Positions 43,322 through 53,700 are shown, counted from the first letter of the stretch. The stretch is 64,000 nt of DNA from an uncultured Spirochaetota bacterium (GCA_963734545.1 CAVTHO010000004.1:192001-256000); one strand, 5' to 3'. Notes: generated by a model not told the origin, from the sequence alone. Translations and numbers: made by a program.

Positions 43322-44398
43322 TCAGTCGAGACGGACCGCGCGGCCCGTCGCGGCGGATTCGACCGCCGCAAAGCAGATCCTCAGGCTGTTCACGGCATCC
43401 GCAATGTGCGCCGAGAGGTCGATGTCCTCGGTAATGGCGCGGTAGAGATATTCCTGCTCGCGGCGGCACAGCTCGTTGTGGTCCGGCTCGTCGGTGATGC
43501 GTATGATCTCGTCCTTCTTCGCCTGCAGGCCGTTCGCGTCCGGCGTGCTCGCGTGCACGATGATCGAGTCCACCGTGGTGTGCTGGGACACGTCGGCGGG
43601 ATCCACCCGGCGCGCGTCCTTGTCGATGCTCACGCAACCTTTCGGCCCGATCACGTCCTTCACGAAGAAGGCCGTCTTGCTCATCATGGGGCCCCAGCCC
43701 ACCTCGTACCAACCGACGGACTTGTCCTCGAACACGACCTGCAGCGCGCCGTAGTTGCTCGCATCCGGGGCGATCTCCTCGGAGACCCGGGCCGCGATTC
43801 CCTGGACAAGGACGGGCCGGGCCCGCGTCATCTGGCACATCACGTCCACGTAGTGCACGCCGCAGTCCACGATGGGCGGAACCTGCGCGATGAATGACTT
43901 GTGCACCTCCCACTCGCGGCCCCAGCTCTGCTGGTTGAGGTTCATGCGCATGATCAAGGGCTTGCCGAGGGTCCGGGCAAGCTCGATGAATTTCGTCCAT
44001 GCGGGGTGCACGCGCAGGATGTAGCCGATCAGCAGCTTGCGGCTCGTCTCCCGTGCGACACGGGCCACCTCCTCCGCTTCGGCAACCGTGTGCGCAATTG
44101 GTTTCTCCATGAACACGTGGCAGCCGCGCTTCATGGCGCTGATCGCATAGGGGGCGTGAGTATCGGCGAGCGTGTTGATCGACACCACGTCCGGCTTCAG
44201 CTCCGCCATGGCCTTCTCGAAATCCGTGTAGATCGGAATGTCGAGCGCGAGGTCAGCGGCGAGTCTTGCCGCGCGGTCCACGTTCCTTGCCACGACGAAC
44301 CCGGCCACCTTGAAGCCGGGCAGCCTCGCGTACCCCCGGGCGTGAGACGCGCCCATGCCGCCCACTCCGACGACCAGCACTTTCACAGGAGAACGCAA
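43322..44398 (-). CDS. Gfo/Idh/MocA family NAD(P)-dependent oxidoreductase
   Basis: 'VVGVGGMG', 'HVFMEKP', 'DCGVHYVD'. Confidence 0.92.
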   Translation of the reverse strand: MRSPVKVLVVGVGGMGASHARGYARLPGFKVAGFVVARNVDRAARLAADLALDIPIYTDFEKAMAELKPDVVSINTLADTHAPYAISAMKRGCHVFMEKPIAHTVAEAEEVARVARETSRKLLIGYILRVHPAWTKFIELARTLGKPLIMRMNLNQQSWGREWEVHKSFIAQVPPIVDCGVHYVDVMCQMTRARPVLVQGIAARVSEEIAPDASNYGALQVVFEDKSVGWYEVGWGPMMSKTAFFVKDVIGPKGCVSIDKDARRVDPADVSQHTTVDSIIVHASTPDANGLQAKKDEIIRITDEPDHNELCRREQEYLYRAITEDIDLSAHIADAVNSLRICFAAVESAATGRAVRLD

Positions 44399-44423
44399 TG
44401 GGCACCTCCCGACGCCTTCAATG

Positions 44424-44452
44424 TTGACACCACCGGACGGCGACCCTATATT
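44424..44452 (+). promoter_or_regulatory. sigma70-type promoter for the sugar ABC operon
   Basis: TTGACA-17 bp-TATATT. Confidence 0.65.
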
Positions 44453-44515
44453 TATACACGATCAAGAGCCGAATGTGGGTTTCCGGTCAAAGATCGATTC
44501 GACAAGGAGGTGTCT

Positions 44516-45769
44516 ATGAAAAGAGGTTTGATACTCGCGCTTGCCATGGTCCTCGTGGTATGCGCGCTGCCTGTCTTTGCTCAGAAAGTCACTCTCACCA
44601 TCGAGAGCTGGCGGAATGACGATCTGTCCATCTGGACGGACCAGATCATCCCCGTTTTCGAAAAGCAGAACCCGGACATTCACGTGGTGTTCGCCCCGAC
44701 GGCGCCCGCAGAGTACAACGGGGTGCTCAACACGAAGCTCCAGGGTGGAACGGCGGGAGAGCTCATCACCGCACGGCCGTTCGATGCCTCGCTCCTGCTT
44801 TTCCAGAAGCACTACCTGGCTGATCTGACGGATCTCCCCGGCATGTCGAATTTCAGCTCGGTGGCCAAGAGCGCCTGGATCACCGACGACGGAAAGAGCG
44901 TTTTCGCGGTCCCCATGGCCTCCGTCATCCATGGTTTCTTCTACAACAAGGACATATTCGACCAGCTGAAGCTGAAGGTCCCGGTCACGAAAGCCGAGTT
45001 CATGGCGGTTCTGCAGGCAATCAAGAAAGACGGGAGGTACATCCCGCTCGCCATGGGCACCTCCGACATGTGGGAGGCCGCGACCATGGGCTTCCAGAAC
45101 ATCGGTCCGAACAACTGGAAGGGTGAGGACGGCCGCACGGCGCTCCTCAAGGGCAAGGCGAAGTTCACCGATCCTGCCATGATCAAGACGTGGACGGAGC
45201 TCGCCTCCTGGGCGCCCTACATGCCCTCGGGATTCCAGGCGGTGAAATACCCGGACTCCCAGCAGCTCTTCACACTGGGCAAGGCGGCCATCTATCCGAC
45301 CGGCTCGTGGGAGATCTCGCAGTTCGAGAAAGACGCGAGCTTCAACCTCGGCATCTTCAAGCCGCCGGTGGAGAAGCGGGGTGACACCGTGTACATCTCC
45401 GACCACACGGACATCGCCATGGGAATGAACGCGAACGCCAAGAATCCCGCGGAGGCCCGGAAGTTCCTCCAGTGGATGACCACGCCCGAGTTCGCGGCCC
45501 TCTACTCGAACGCGCTGCCCGGTTTCTTCACGCTCTCCAACGCCAAGATCACCCTGAAGGACCCGCTGGCGAACGAGTTCCTTTCCTGGCGCGGGACGAG
45601 CAAGTCGACCATCCGCAACTCCTACCAGATCCTCTCCCGCGGAACCCCCAACCTCGAGAACGAGCTGTGGCGGGTGAGCGCGGCCGTCATCAATGGAACG
45701 ATGACCCCGGCGCAGGCCGGCAAGGAGATTCAGGACGGACTGAACAAGTGGTATAAGCCTTCAATGTAG
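44516..45769 (+). CDS. CUT1 sugar ABC substrate-binding protein
   Basis: AAGGAGG RBS, signal peptide ending VFA; 'ESWRNDD', 'ASVIHGFFYNKDIF', 'GKAAIYPTGSWE'. Confidence 0.9.
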   Translation: MKRGLILALAMVLVVCALPVFAQKVTLTIESWRNDDLSIWTDQIIPVFEKQNPDIHVVFAPTAPAEYNGVLNTKLQGGTAGELITARPFDASLLLFQKHYLADLTDLPGMSNFSSVAKSAWITDDGKSVFAVPMASVIHGFFYNKDIFDQLKLKVPVTKAEFMAVLQAIKKDGRYIPLAMGTSDMWEAATMGFQNIGPNNWKGEDGRTALLKGKAKFTDPAMIKTWTELASWAPYMPSGFQAVKYPDSQQLFTLGKAAIYPTGSWEISQFEKDASFNLGIFKPPVEKRGDTVYISDHTDIAMGMNANAKNPAEARKFLQWMTTPEFAALYSNALPGFFTLSNAKITLKDPLANEFLSWRGTSKSTIRNSYQILSRGTPNLENELWRVSAAVINGTMTPAQAGKEIQDGLNKWYKPSM

Positions 45770-45794
45770 GCAAGCTCTCTTCTCTTGTGAGTCT

Positions 45795-45824
45795 TCCCGG
45801 CGGCCGGCGCCGCCGGGATATTTT
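45795..45824 (+). terminator. Stem-loop with short T tract after the SBP gene
   Basis: TCCCGGCGGC-CGGC-GCCGCCGGGA followed by TATTTT. Confidence 0.55.
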
Positions 45825-45854
45825 CCCGTTCGCGACTGGACGTGAGGAACACCG

Positions 45855-46778
45855 ATGTTGGATGTGACGCACGCAAAGCGTTTCCCCGTCTACCTGATCG
45901 TCTTCCTCGGTCCCGCGGTCGCCGTGTACACCCTGTTCATGATCTACCCCCTGCTGGATTCGCTGCGCCTGAGCTTCTTCGCCACCACGCAGGACAATCG
46001 AGAAGTATTCAATGGCCTGGGCAACTTCCGCACGCTCTTCGGTGACAGCAACTGGGCGCCCCGCTTCTGGGGCGCGCTGAAGAACAATCTTGTCTTCTTC
46101 TGCGTCCACATGCTCGTGCAGAACCCGGTGGGGCTTCTCATTGCCGCGCTGCTGGTGGGAAGCATCCGGGGCCGCGTGTTCTACCGGACGGTGCTCTTCA
46201 TGCCGACCGTTCTTTCGGTCGTCATCATCGGCTTCATCTGGCAGCTCATCCTGAGCCCCCTGTGGGGTGTCACGCCCAGCATCCTGAAGGCCGTCGGCCT
46301 GGGAAGCCTGTTTCAACCCTGGCTGGGCCTCTCGCGGTACGCCCTGGTTACCGTGGCCCTCATCTCCGTCTGGCAGTTCGTCGGTATACCGATGATCCTC
46401 TTCTACACTGCCCTGATCGGCATCCCTGACGAGCTCCTGGAGGCGGCCCGGGTGGACGGCGCCACCAGGCTCCAGATCTTCTGGCGGATCAAGTTCCCTT
46501 TGCTTCTTCCCATGGTGGGAATCGTCGGCGTGCTCACCTTCGTCGGGAACTTCAACGCGTTCGATCTGATCTATACCATGAAAGGAGCCCTCGCCGGTCC
46601 GGACTTCTCCACCGACATCATGGGCACGCTCTTCTACCGCACGTTTTTCGGCCAGCAGCTCCAGTTGGGCAACCCGACAATGGGAGCGACGGTTGCCACG
46701 ATGATGTTCCTCATCATTGCCGTCGGGGTGTCACTCTACACGCTGTGGCGCCGGCGCGTGCAGACCTACCAGCTATGA
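45855..46778 (+). CDS. CUT1 sugar ABC permease (MalF-like)
   Basis: EAA motif 'LLEAARVDGA', 'FNAFDLIY'. Confidence 0.92.
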   Translation: MLDVTHAKRFPVYLIVFLGPAVAVYTLFMIYPLLDSLRLSFFATTQDNREVFNGLGNFRTLFGDSNWAPRFWGALKNNLVFFCVHMLVQNPVGLLIAALLVGSIRGRVFYRTVLFMPTVLSVVIIGFIWQLILSPLWGVTPSILKAVGLGSLFQPWLGLSRYALVTVALISVWQFVGIPMILFYTALIGIPDELLEAARVDGATRLQIFWRIKFPLLLPMVGIVGVLTFVGNFNAFDLIYTMKGALAGPDFSTDIMGTLFYRTFFGQQLQLGNPTMGATVATMMFLIIAVGVSLYTLWRRRVQTYQL

Positions 46779-47590
46779 AAAAAGCCGTCCCGCACATCAT
46801 TCTGATCCTGTTCACGATCATGGCGTTCTTCCCCATCTACATGATACTCAGCAATTCCTTCAAGCTGAAGAAGTTCATCTTCGGGGACCCGTTCGGGATT
46901 CCCATCGGGAAGGCGTTCAGCCTCATCGGCTATCAGACAGTCCTGGCCAGGTCCCACGTGATGCTCAACTTCGCAAACAGCCTGGTGGTGACCCTCGCCT
47001 CGCTCTTCCTGATCCTCTTCATCGGGTCAATGGCCGCCTATGCGCTCTCGGAATACAGGTTCAAAGGCTCGGGATTCCTCGGCTTCTACCTCGCCATCGG
47101 GATCATGATTCCCATCAGGCTGGGCTCGGTGAGCCTGCTGAAGCTGATGGCGGGTCTCGGGCTCGTCAACACGCTGGTCGGGCTGGTCCTGATCTACATC
47201 GCGCAGGGGCTTCCGCTCACCATTTTCATCCTGTCGAGCTTCATGCGGCAGGTCCCGGACGAGCTCAAGCAGGCGGCGCGGATCGACGGCGCGACGGAAT
47301 ACAGGATATACGCGTTCGTGGTCCCCCTGGTGCGGCCCGCCCTCGGATCCATCGGGATCTTCACGATGATCCCGATCTGGAACGATCTGTGGTTCCCCTT
47401 GATCATCGCCCCGAGCGCGCGAACAGCCACGATCACGCTCGGCGTGCAGCAGTTTCTCGGCCAGTTCGTGAGCGACTGGAACGCGGTCCTGTCTTCCCTC
47501 ACCATGGCCATGGTCCCCATTCTCCTGATCTACCTGGTGTTCTCGAAACAGCTCATCAAGAGCATCACCTCGGGCGCGCTCAAATCATGA
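46775..47590 (+). CDS. CUT1 sugar ABC permease (MalG-like)
   Basis: ATG 46775; 'AAYALS', 'ELKQAARIDGA', 'WNDLWFPL', 'TSGALK'. Confidence 0.92.
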   Translation: MKKAVPHIILILFTIMAFFPIYMILSNSFKLKKFIFGDPFGIPIGKAFSLIGYQTVLARSHVMLNFANSLVVTLASLFLILFIGSMAAYALSEYRFKGSGFLGFYLAIGIMIPIRLGSVSLLKLMAGLGLVNTLVGLVLIYIAQGLPLTIFILSSFMRQVPDELKQAARIDGATEYRIYAFVVPLVRPALGSIGIFTMIPIWNDLWFPLIIAPSARTATITLGVQQFLGQFVSDWNAVLSSLTMAMVPILLIYLVFSKQLIKSITSGALKS

Positions 47591-47614
47591 CCCGGGCGGC
47601 GATGCGGCTGTCGC

Positions 47615-49777
47615 TCATGACAGGCTCTCCCCTCTCCCCTGGTATTCGCGGAATACTCTCACCAGGTCCTGCAGCGGCTCCTCCTGCTGTCCGTCGTGCG
47701 CGCCTTCCAGCGTGAAGACGTTCAGGTTGTCCATTGCCCGCGTCATGGCCACGTAGATGAGGTTCCGCACGAGCGTGTCGCCCGTCTTGTCGTCATGGTC
47801 CCCGCGCGGCGGCAGGGCCGGGAGGAAGAGAAGCACGACGGCGAAGTCCAGACCTTTGCTCGAATGAAGGGTGGAGAGCCGGATGGTCTTTTCCTGTTTG
47901 AAAGAGAACTCCTCGTCGCGAATATTGGCGAACTGGTACCCCGCGTGCCCGAGCATGTCCCCAATGGTGACCAGGTCCGTCCGGGCAGGCGCCAGCACCG
48001 TGATGTTCTCCGGGTCGTAGCCCAGGGTGTCGATGAAGAGCGCCGCCTTCCGCAGCAGGAGCCGCGCGAGCTTGTCCCGGCTTGCCGCCGTGTAGAGCTC
48101 CGGGATCGGTCCTTCACGGAAAGCGACGCTCGCGCCTCCCTCGTCGTCGTCCAGCCGGGAGAGCTTCCGATACGCTTCGGTAATCTCCTGGATTGCCACC
48201 GTGTTGCGAAAGCTCGTGTGGAGGACCCGGGACCTCCCCGCGATGTCCACCCCGGCGCGCTTGTAGGGTGAGCTGAGCCCATAGATGCTCTGCCCCGTAT
48301 CACCGGCCATGATGAGACCGCGCTGCGTCATGAGCTTCAGCGCCTTGAGGTCAGCGGCGCTGAGATCCTGGGATTCATCCACGAAGCAGAAGTCCAGGTC
48401 CCTGAGCCGGACATCATCCGGGTGGGCCTGGAGGTGTTCGATCAGCTTCGTCCGTGAGTAGTTCTTGCTCAGAAGGCCGCTGTTCTCCATCTCCGCCTTG
48501 ATCCGTTCCTGGAGGGACCACACCGTCTCCCGCTGACCCGCGGAGAGCGGCTGGCGCATGCCCTTGCGCGGAATCATCTCCTGCAGGTATTCCTGGCGGG
48601 TGACGAGATTGCCGAATATGAAATCCTCGATCTCGACGGCCAGCTCCTGCGCGGTGAAAAAACCGGTGGAGTTGAGCTTCTCGGCGAGCTTGGAAATGAC
48701 GGCGTAGTCCACCCTCTGGCCCTGTCCCAGCATCCTGAGCCGGGCCTGGAAGAAACTGTCGGCCGTGAAGATCAGGTTGTCCGCGTCCTTCGCCTTGAGG
48801 ATCTCCGCGACGTAGCGGTCATACTTCACCAGCGTGTTGGTGTAGGTGAGGAACAGGATGCGGGGGCCGGTCTTCAGCTCGAGCTCGGCTTCCCGCGCGC
48901 GCCTCAGATTGTCCAGCGCGTGGAGCAGCACGATGGTCTTTCCCGTGCCGGCGCCGCCGCGGATGAGGAAGTCGTGGCCCGGCCGCACCGCGTCCACCGC
49001 CTGCCGCTGCTCCGGGGTGAGCTTCATCACGCTGCGCTCGTAGTCCATCCGCGTGCGCGTGTACAGGGAGAAGCGGCGGACGTGCTGCACGTAGAGGTCG
49101 AGGTCCCGAAAGGCCTCGAGCTGCTCGGAGAGCTGTCTCTTCTGCAGCGTGAGATTGTTCAGCTCGCGGCGCAGCTCATCCACCCTGCCCGCCTTCGCAT
49201 CCGCGCGCTCCTTCTCCCTTTCGAGCTCCGTGGCGAGGCGCATGGTCTCTCCGTCCAGCTCGGCCAGCCGCCACTTGTCCCTGGCCCACTGCTCCGTCTG
49301 CGCCAGCAGCTTCTTGTTGTCCCGCTGCGCGAGGAAAAGCTCGTACTGGACCCGCTTCAGCTCCGCGCTCTGCTCGAGAGGCGATTTTTTCTCCTCCCAC
49401 GTCTCGAGGGTACGCTTCAGGTCGGCGAGGCCCGGGGCCTCGAGGCGGCAGAGCGCGCAGAAGCTCAGGAAATTATGGGTGGCGGCCCGCACCTCTTCCC
49501 TGTCCAGCCGGAGGAACGAGTGCCTGACCTGGTTGGTGAGCGCGTGCTCCTTGATGAGGCGCGTGACGGTCTTCAGGTCTTCGCGGGGGCATCCGCGGGA
49601 CTTGAGGTGCTCGCCGTACTCCCACAGCAGATCGGGGAAATGGTCGATGCTCGACAGCCGGGGGAGATCGTCGCAGACATACGCTTCAATGAAAGAGTGA
49701 AGCGCGAGGACGAAGAACCCTTCATCGGAGCCCGCCAGCCGGACCAGGCGGGAGATGCGTCCTTCCAGCTCGTTCAT
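47615..49777 (-). CDS. SF1 (UvrD/Rep-like) helicase with N-terminal helical HEPN-like domain and coiled coil
   Basis: Q motif 'LTPEQ', Walker A 'GGAGTGKT', 'LTYTNTL', Walker B 'VDESQD', 'GDTGQSIY', 'SFRN', 'STLHSSKGLDF', 'YVAMTRA'; residues ~115-225 are E/K/R/L heptad-rich. Confidence 0.88.
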   Translation of the reverse strand: MNELEGRISRLVRLAGSDEGFFVLALHSFIEAYVCDDLPRLSSIDHFPDLLWEYGEHLKSRGCPREDLKTVTRLIKEHALTNQVRHSFLRLDREEVRAATHNFLSFCALCRLEAPGLADLKRTLETWEEKKSPLEQSAELKRVQYELFLAQRDNKKLLAQTEQWARDKWRLAELDGETMRLATELEREKERADAKAGRVDELRRELNNLTLQKRQLSEQLEAFRDLDLYVQHVRRFSLYTRTRMDYERSVMKLTPEQRQAVDAVRPGHDFLIRGGAGTGKTIVLLHALDNLRRAREAELELKTGPRILFLTYTNTLVKYDRYVAEILKAKDADNLIFTADSFFQARLRMLGQGQRVDYAVISKLAEKLNSTGFFTAQELAVEIEDFIFGNLVTRQEYLQEMIPRKGMRQPLSAGQRETVWSLQERIKAEMENSGLLSKNYSRTKLIEHLQAHPDDVRLRDLDFCFVDESQDLSAADLKALKLMTQRGLIMAGDTGQSIYGLSSPYKRAGVDIAGRSRVLHTSFRNTVAIQEITEAYRKLSRLDDDEGGASVAFREGPIPELYTAASRDKLARLLLRKAALFIDTLGYDPENITVLAPARTDLVTIGDMLGHAGYQFANIRDEEFSFKQEKTIRLSTLHSSKGLDFAVVLLFLPALPPRGDHDDKTGDTLVRNLIYVAMTRAMDNLNVFTLEGAHDGQQEEPLQDLVRVFREYQGRGESLS

Positions 49778-49796
49778 CCTGTTTCGTGCTCCCCGA

Positions 49797-51710
49797 TCAT
49801 ACGCGCGCGTCCAGAAGCTGGCGGACTTTTGCCAGGAGCTCCCGAGAGCTGAATGGTTTCTGGAGAAAATCGGCTCCCTGCTCGAGGATGGCGTGTTGCT
49901 GGATCGCGTTTCCCGTGTATCCGGACACGTAGAGCACTTTCACGCGCGGGGAGATATGGGCGAGATTCCGCGCGAGCTCCCTTCCGCCCATCTGGGGCAT
50001 GACGACGTCTGTCACCAGCAGATCCACCTCATGCTCCCTGGTCGCCACGCGTGCCAGGGCATCCATGCCTCCCGCGGCCTCGATGACGAGGTAGCCGTTC
50101 TTCTCCAGCACCGTCCGCGCAAAGGCGCGCACCGCCTCCTCGTCCTCCACGAGAAGGATCGTCTCCGTGCCGCGCCGCGAAGCTGTTGCCGGGAGAGGGC
50201 CGGACGCCGTCACGCTGGCCTCTGCCGTGCGCGGGAAATAGATCGTGAAGGTCGTGCCCTTGCCCGGCTCGCTGTAGCAGGTGACATGACCTTCGCTCTG
50301 CTTCACGATTCCATACACGGTGGAGAGCCCGAGCCCCGTGCCCTTTCCCTGCTCCTTCGTCGTGAAGAACGGCTCGAAGATATGCGACAGCACCTCCCTG
50401 TCCATGCCCACGCCCGTGTCGCTCACGGCGATCCGCACGTATTCACCCGGCCTCACGTCCGTGTGCTCCCGGGCGTACGCCTCGTCGAACACCCGAACGG
50501 ACGTCTCGATCGTCAGTTTTCCGCCCTCCGGCATGGCATCCCGCGCGTTGACGACGAGGTTCATGAGCGCCTGCTCGATCTGCCCCGAATCCGCCCTGAT
50601 GTTGCCCGTCCCGGGATGGAGGAAGGTCCGGAGCTCGATATCCTCTCCAACCACTCTTCCCACGATCGTTTCCAGGGCGCGCACGAGCTCGTTCGTGTCC
50701 ACCACCTGGGGTATGAGGACCTGCTTCCGGCTGAAGGCGAGAAGCTGTGAGGTGAGAGTAGCCGCCTGCTTGGCTGCCCGGGCGATCTCGTCGATCTTTG
50801 CTTCCGCGAGGCCCCCCTGCGGCAGATCCGTCCGGACAAGGTCGCAGTAGCCGCTGATGACCGTCAGGAGATTGTTGAAATCATGCGCAATGCCTCCCGC
50901 CAGCCGTCCGATGGCTTCCATCTTCTGCGCCTGCATGAACTTTTCGGCAAGGGACTTCTCCTCGGTGACATCTCTCCCGTACAGGTTGATGTAGCCGCCG
51001 TCGCGGATGGGCGTGATGGTGAGGGCGAAAGTCTTCCGGCCTTCACGCACCTCGACCTCCCGCAGCTCCCCCGCGTCCCAGGCCTGCCGGAGCGCGGGCA
51101 GGTGCGCGGGGGGTATCCTGCCATCCGGTGCTGACACCCAGGAGGCGAGCAGGACCCGGCTGGAGGCATTGCAGTACAAGAGAGATCCCTCCGGTGAAAC
51201 ACGCATGACAGGGTTCGGATTCTCGTCAGGAAACCGCGCGAGGTTCTGAATCCTTTCCTCGGCGTGTCTCCTCTCCGTGATGTCCCGAATCGTGGCAAAG
51301 ATCATCGGTTTGCCGTCCAGCTGGAAGAGCCGGTTGCTGATCTCCACGGGGATCTTGCGGCCGTCCCTGGTGACGTGCATCCCTTCCCAGACCGCACGGC
51401 CTTCGGCCGCGAGCTTTGCCATGGCCGCGGGAATTGCAGTGAGCCCCTCCGGAGCGTCGATGTCGTACGTGCTCATGCGGAGAAGCTCGTCGCGCGTGTA
51501 GCCGAGGCGCTCGCACGCCACGTCGTTCACCTCGACGAATATCTCCGGCGTGCCGTCCGCGTGGAACTCGTGGACGAGGATGGCGTCGTTGATGCTGCTG
51601 AAGAGCAATCGATAGCGTTCTTCGGTCTTGCGCAGCGCCTCCTGTGAAGGCTGCCGCCTGAGCGTGTGGGCGAGCGCAGCGATACGGTCACCGAGCGACC
51701 GTCTTCCCAT
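49797..51710 (-). CDS. Cytoplasmic hybrid histidine kinase (PAS-PAS-HisKA-HATPase-REC)
   Basis: H-box 'AGGIAHDFNN', 'NLVVNARDAM', 'DTGVGM', 'FEPFFTTK', 'GTGLGL', receiver 'LLVEDE..TDVVMP..KPF'. Confidence 0.93.
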   Translation of the reverse strand: MGRRSLGDRIAALAHTLRRQPSQEALRKTEERYRLLFSSINDAILVHEFHADGTPEIFVEVNDVACERLGYTRDELLRMSTYDIDAPEGLTAIPAAMAKLAAEGRAVWEGMHVTRDGRKIPVEISNRLFQLDGKPMIFATIRDITERRHAEERIQNLARFPDENPNPVMRVSPEGSLLYCNASSRVLLASWVSAPDGRIPPAHLPALRQAWDAGELREVEVREGRKTFALTITPIRDGGYINLYGRDVTEEKSLAEKFMQAQKMEAIGRLAGGIAHDFNNLLTVISGYCDLVRTDLPQGGLAEAKIDEIARAAKQAATLTSQLLAFSRKQVLIPQVVDTNELVRALETIVGRVVGEDIELRTFLHPGTGNIRADSGQIEQALMNLVVNARDAMPEGGKLTIETSVRVFDEAYAREHTDVRPGEYVRIAVSDTGVGMDREVLSHIFEPFFTTKEQGKGTGLGLSTVYGIVKQSEGHVTCYSEPGKGTTFTIYFPRTAEASVTASGPLPATASRRGTETILLVEDEEAVRAFARTVLEKNGYLVIEAAGGMDALARVATREHEVDLLVTDVVMPQMGGRELARNLAHISPRVKVLYVSGYTGNAIQQHAILEQGADFLQKPFSSRELLAKVRQLLDARV

Positions 51711-51762
51711 TCCCTCTTCCCCCTGCTAAAACCAACATACACCCAAAGCGCGGGAGGGGACA

Positions 51763-52881
51763 ATGGAAGCAGCCAAACGGATCGCGGCCGAGATCCTCGA
51801 AACGGCGGATGTCAGGATAGGCGGAGACCGGCCGTGGGACATCCGCGTGCACAACGAGGGCTTCTACGCGCGGGTGCTCGCCGGCGGCTCCCTGGCGCTC
51901 GGTGAGTCCTACATGGATGGGTGGTGGGACAGCGACGCGGTGGACGAGCTGCTCGCGCGGATCCTCTCCCATGACCTGCAGAAGCACGTGCGGCCGTCGG
52001 CCTCGATGCTGCTGCTCGGGCTCAAGGCGGTCCTCCTGAACCTGCAGCGGAAGAACCGGGCATTCAACATCGGCCGCCGCCATTACGACCTGGGCAATGA
52101 CCTGTATTCCCTCATGCTGGACAAGGGGATGAATTACAGCTGCGGCTACTGGAAGAATGCGGACAACCTGGACGCGGCCCAGGAGGACAAGCTCGAGCTG
52201 GTCTGCCGGAAGATCGGCCTGGAAAAGGGGATGCGGGTGCTGGATATCGGCTGCGGCTGGGGCGGATTCGCCCGGCACGCGGCCGAACGGCACGGCGCCG
52301 AAGTCGTGGGCATCACCGTGTCCCGGGAACAGGCGGGGCTGGCACAGGAACGCTGCAAGGGCCTGCCGGTCGAGATCCGGCTCCAGGACTACCGCGACGT
52401 GGACGAACACTTCGACCGGGTCGTATCCATAGGCATGATCGAGCACGTCGGCTGGAAGAACTACCGGCGCTACATGGAGATCGTGGCAAGGTGCCTGGGT
52501 CCGGACGGCCTCTTCCTGCTCCATACGATAGGCGGGAACCTGTCCGGCCGGGTCCCGGATCCGTGGTCCGACAGGTATATCTTCCCGGACAGCCTGCTGC
52601 CTTCGGCGCGCCAGCTCACCGCCGCGGCCGAAGGGCTTTTCATGATGGAGGACTGGCACAGCTTCGGGCACTACTACGAGCGCACCCTTCTTGCCTGGCA
52701 CAGGAACTTCACTGCCGGCTGGGACAGGATCAAGGAACGCTACGGGGAGCGCTTCTTCCGGATGTGGAAGTTCTACCTCCTGACGAGCGCGGGCTCCTTC
52801 CGGGCGCGGCACATCCAGCTCTGGCAGATCGTCTTCTCCCCGCGCGGCCGTTCCCGGGCCTACGAAAGCGTCCGGCTCTGA
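51763..52881 (+). CDS. cfa: Cyclopropane-fatty-acyl-phospholipid synthase
   Basis: 'LGESYMDGWW', 'HYDLGN', 'YSCGYW', 'LDIGCGWG', 'SIGMIEHVG', 'YIFP'. Confidence 0.95.
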   Translation: MEAAKRIAAEILETADVRIGGDRPWDIRVHNEGFYARVLAGGSLALGESYMDGWWDSDAVDELLARILSHDLQKHVRPSASMLLLGLKAVLLNLQRKNRAFNIGRRHYDLGNDLYSLMLDKGMNYSCGYWKNADNLDAAQEDKLELVCRKIGLEKGMRVLDIGCGWGGFARHAAERHGAEVVGITVSREQAGLAQERCKGLPVEIRLQDYRDVDEHFDRVVSIGMIEHVGWKNYRRYMEIVARCLGPDGLFLLHTIGGNLSGRVPDPWSDRYIFPDSLLPSARQLTAAAEGLFMMEDWHSFGHYYERTLLAWHRNFTAGWDRIKERYGERFFRMWKFYLLTSAGSFRARHIQLWQIVFSPRGRSRAYESVRL

Positions 52882-53025
52882 TGAGACAACGGCGCGATCT
52901 CGCGCAAGAGCTCATCGGCGCCGGGATTACGTATATTCTACCGTGACGTAATATGCACAGCGCCGTGATTGTTCCGTGACTATTGCCCTGTATTTTTCTC
53001 GTATCGAATCTCAGGAGGTTTCAGG

Positions 53026-53700
53026 ATGAAGCGGTTTTTTCGGACATCGATCGTATCGCTCGCCTCCCTGGCGGCGATGCTTTTCATAGGCGCGGCCAGC
53101 GCCGCGGCAGAGTTTCCCAGTCCCCCGTCGGATACGTCAGCAATGATGAAGGGCACGCAGACCGCCGTGATTGCGGGCGGGTGCTTCTGGGGCATGGAGG
53201 GGGTCTTCGAGCGGCTGAAGGGAGTCGTGGACGTCACCTCGGGGTATTCGGGCGGGGAGAAGAACACCGCGCACTACGAGATGGTCGGCTCGGGAACCAC
53301 GGGCCACGCCGAGTCCATCCAGATCGTCTACAATCCCGCGCAGATCAGCTACGGGACCCTGCTCAAGATCTTCTTCTCCATCGCGCACGACCCCACCGAG
53401 CTCAACTACCAGGGTCCGGACCATGGGACCCAGTACCGCTCGGCGATCTTCTACGCCAACGAGGGGCAGAAGCAGGTTGCGGAGAATTATATCCGCGCCC
53501 TGGACAAGGCGAAGCTGTTCCCGAAGCCCATCGTGACGCAGGTGGTGCCTTTGAAGGCATTCTATCCGGCCGAGGACTATCACCAGAACTTCCTCGACAA
53601 CAATCCCACCTACCCCTACATCGTGTACTGGGATCTCCCGAAGATCGCGGACCTGCAGCGGACCTACCCGGAGCTGATGGCGAAACCTAACGCGGGTTGA
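53026..53700 (+). CDS. msrA: Peptide-methionine (S)-S-oxide reductase with signal peptide
   Basis: 'GGCFWG', 'GHAE', 'QGPDHGTQYRS', 'AEDYHQ'; AGGAGG RBS before ATG 53026. Confidence 0.95.
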   Translation: MKRFFRTSIVSLASLAAMLFIGAASAAAEFPSPPSDTSAMMKGTQTAVIAGGCFWGMEGVFERLKGVVDVTSGYSGGEKNTAHYEMVGSGTTGHAESIQIVYNPAQISYGTLLKIFFSIAHDPTELNYQGPDHGTQYRSAIFYANEGQKQVAENYIRALDKAKLFPKPIVTQVVPLKAFYPAEDYHQNFLDNNPTYPYIVYWDLPKIADLQRTYPELMAKPNAG

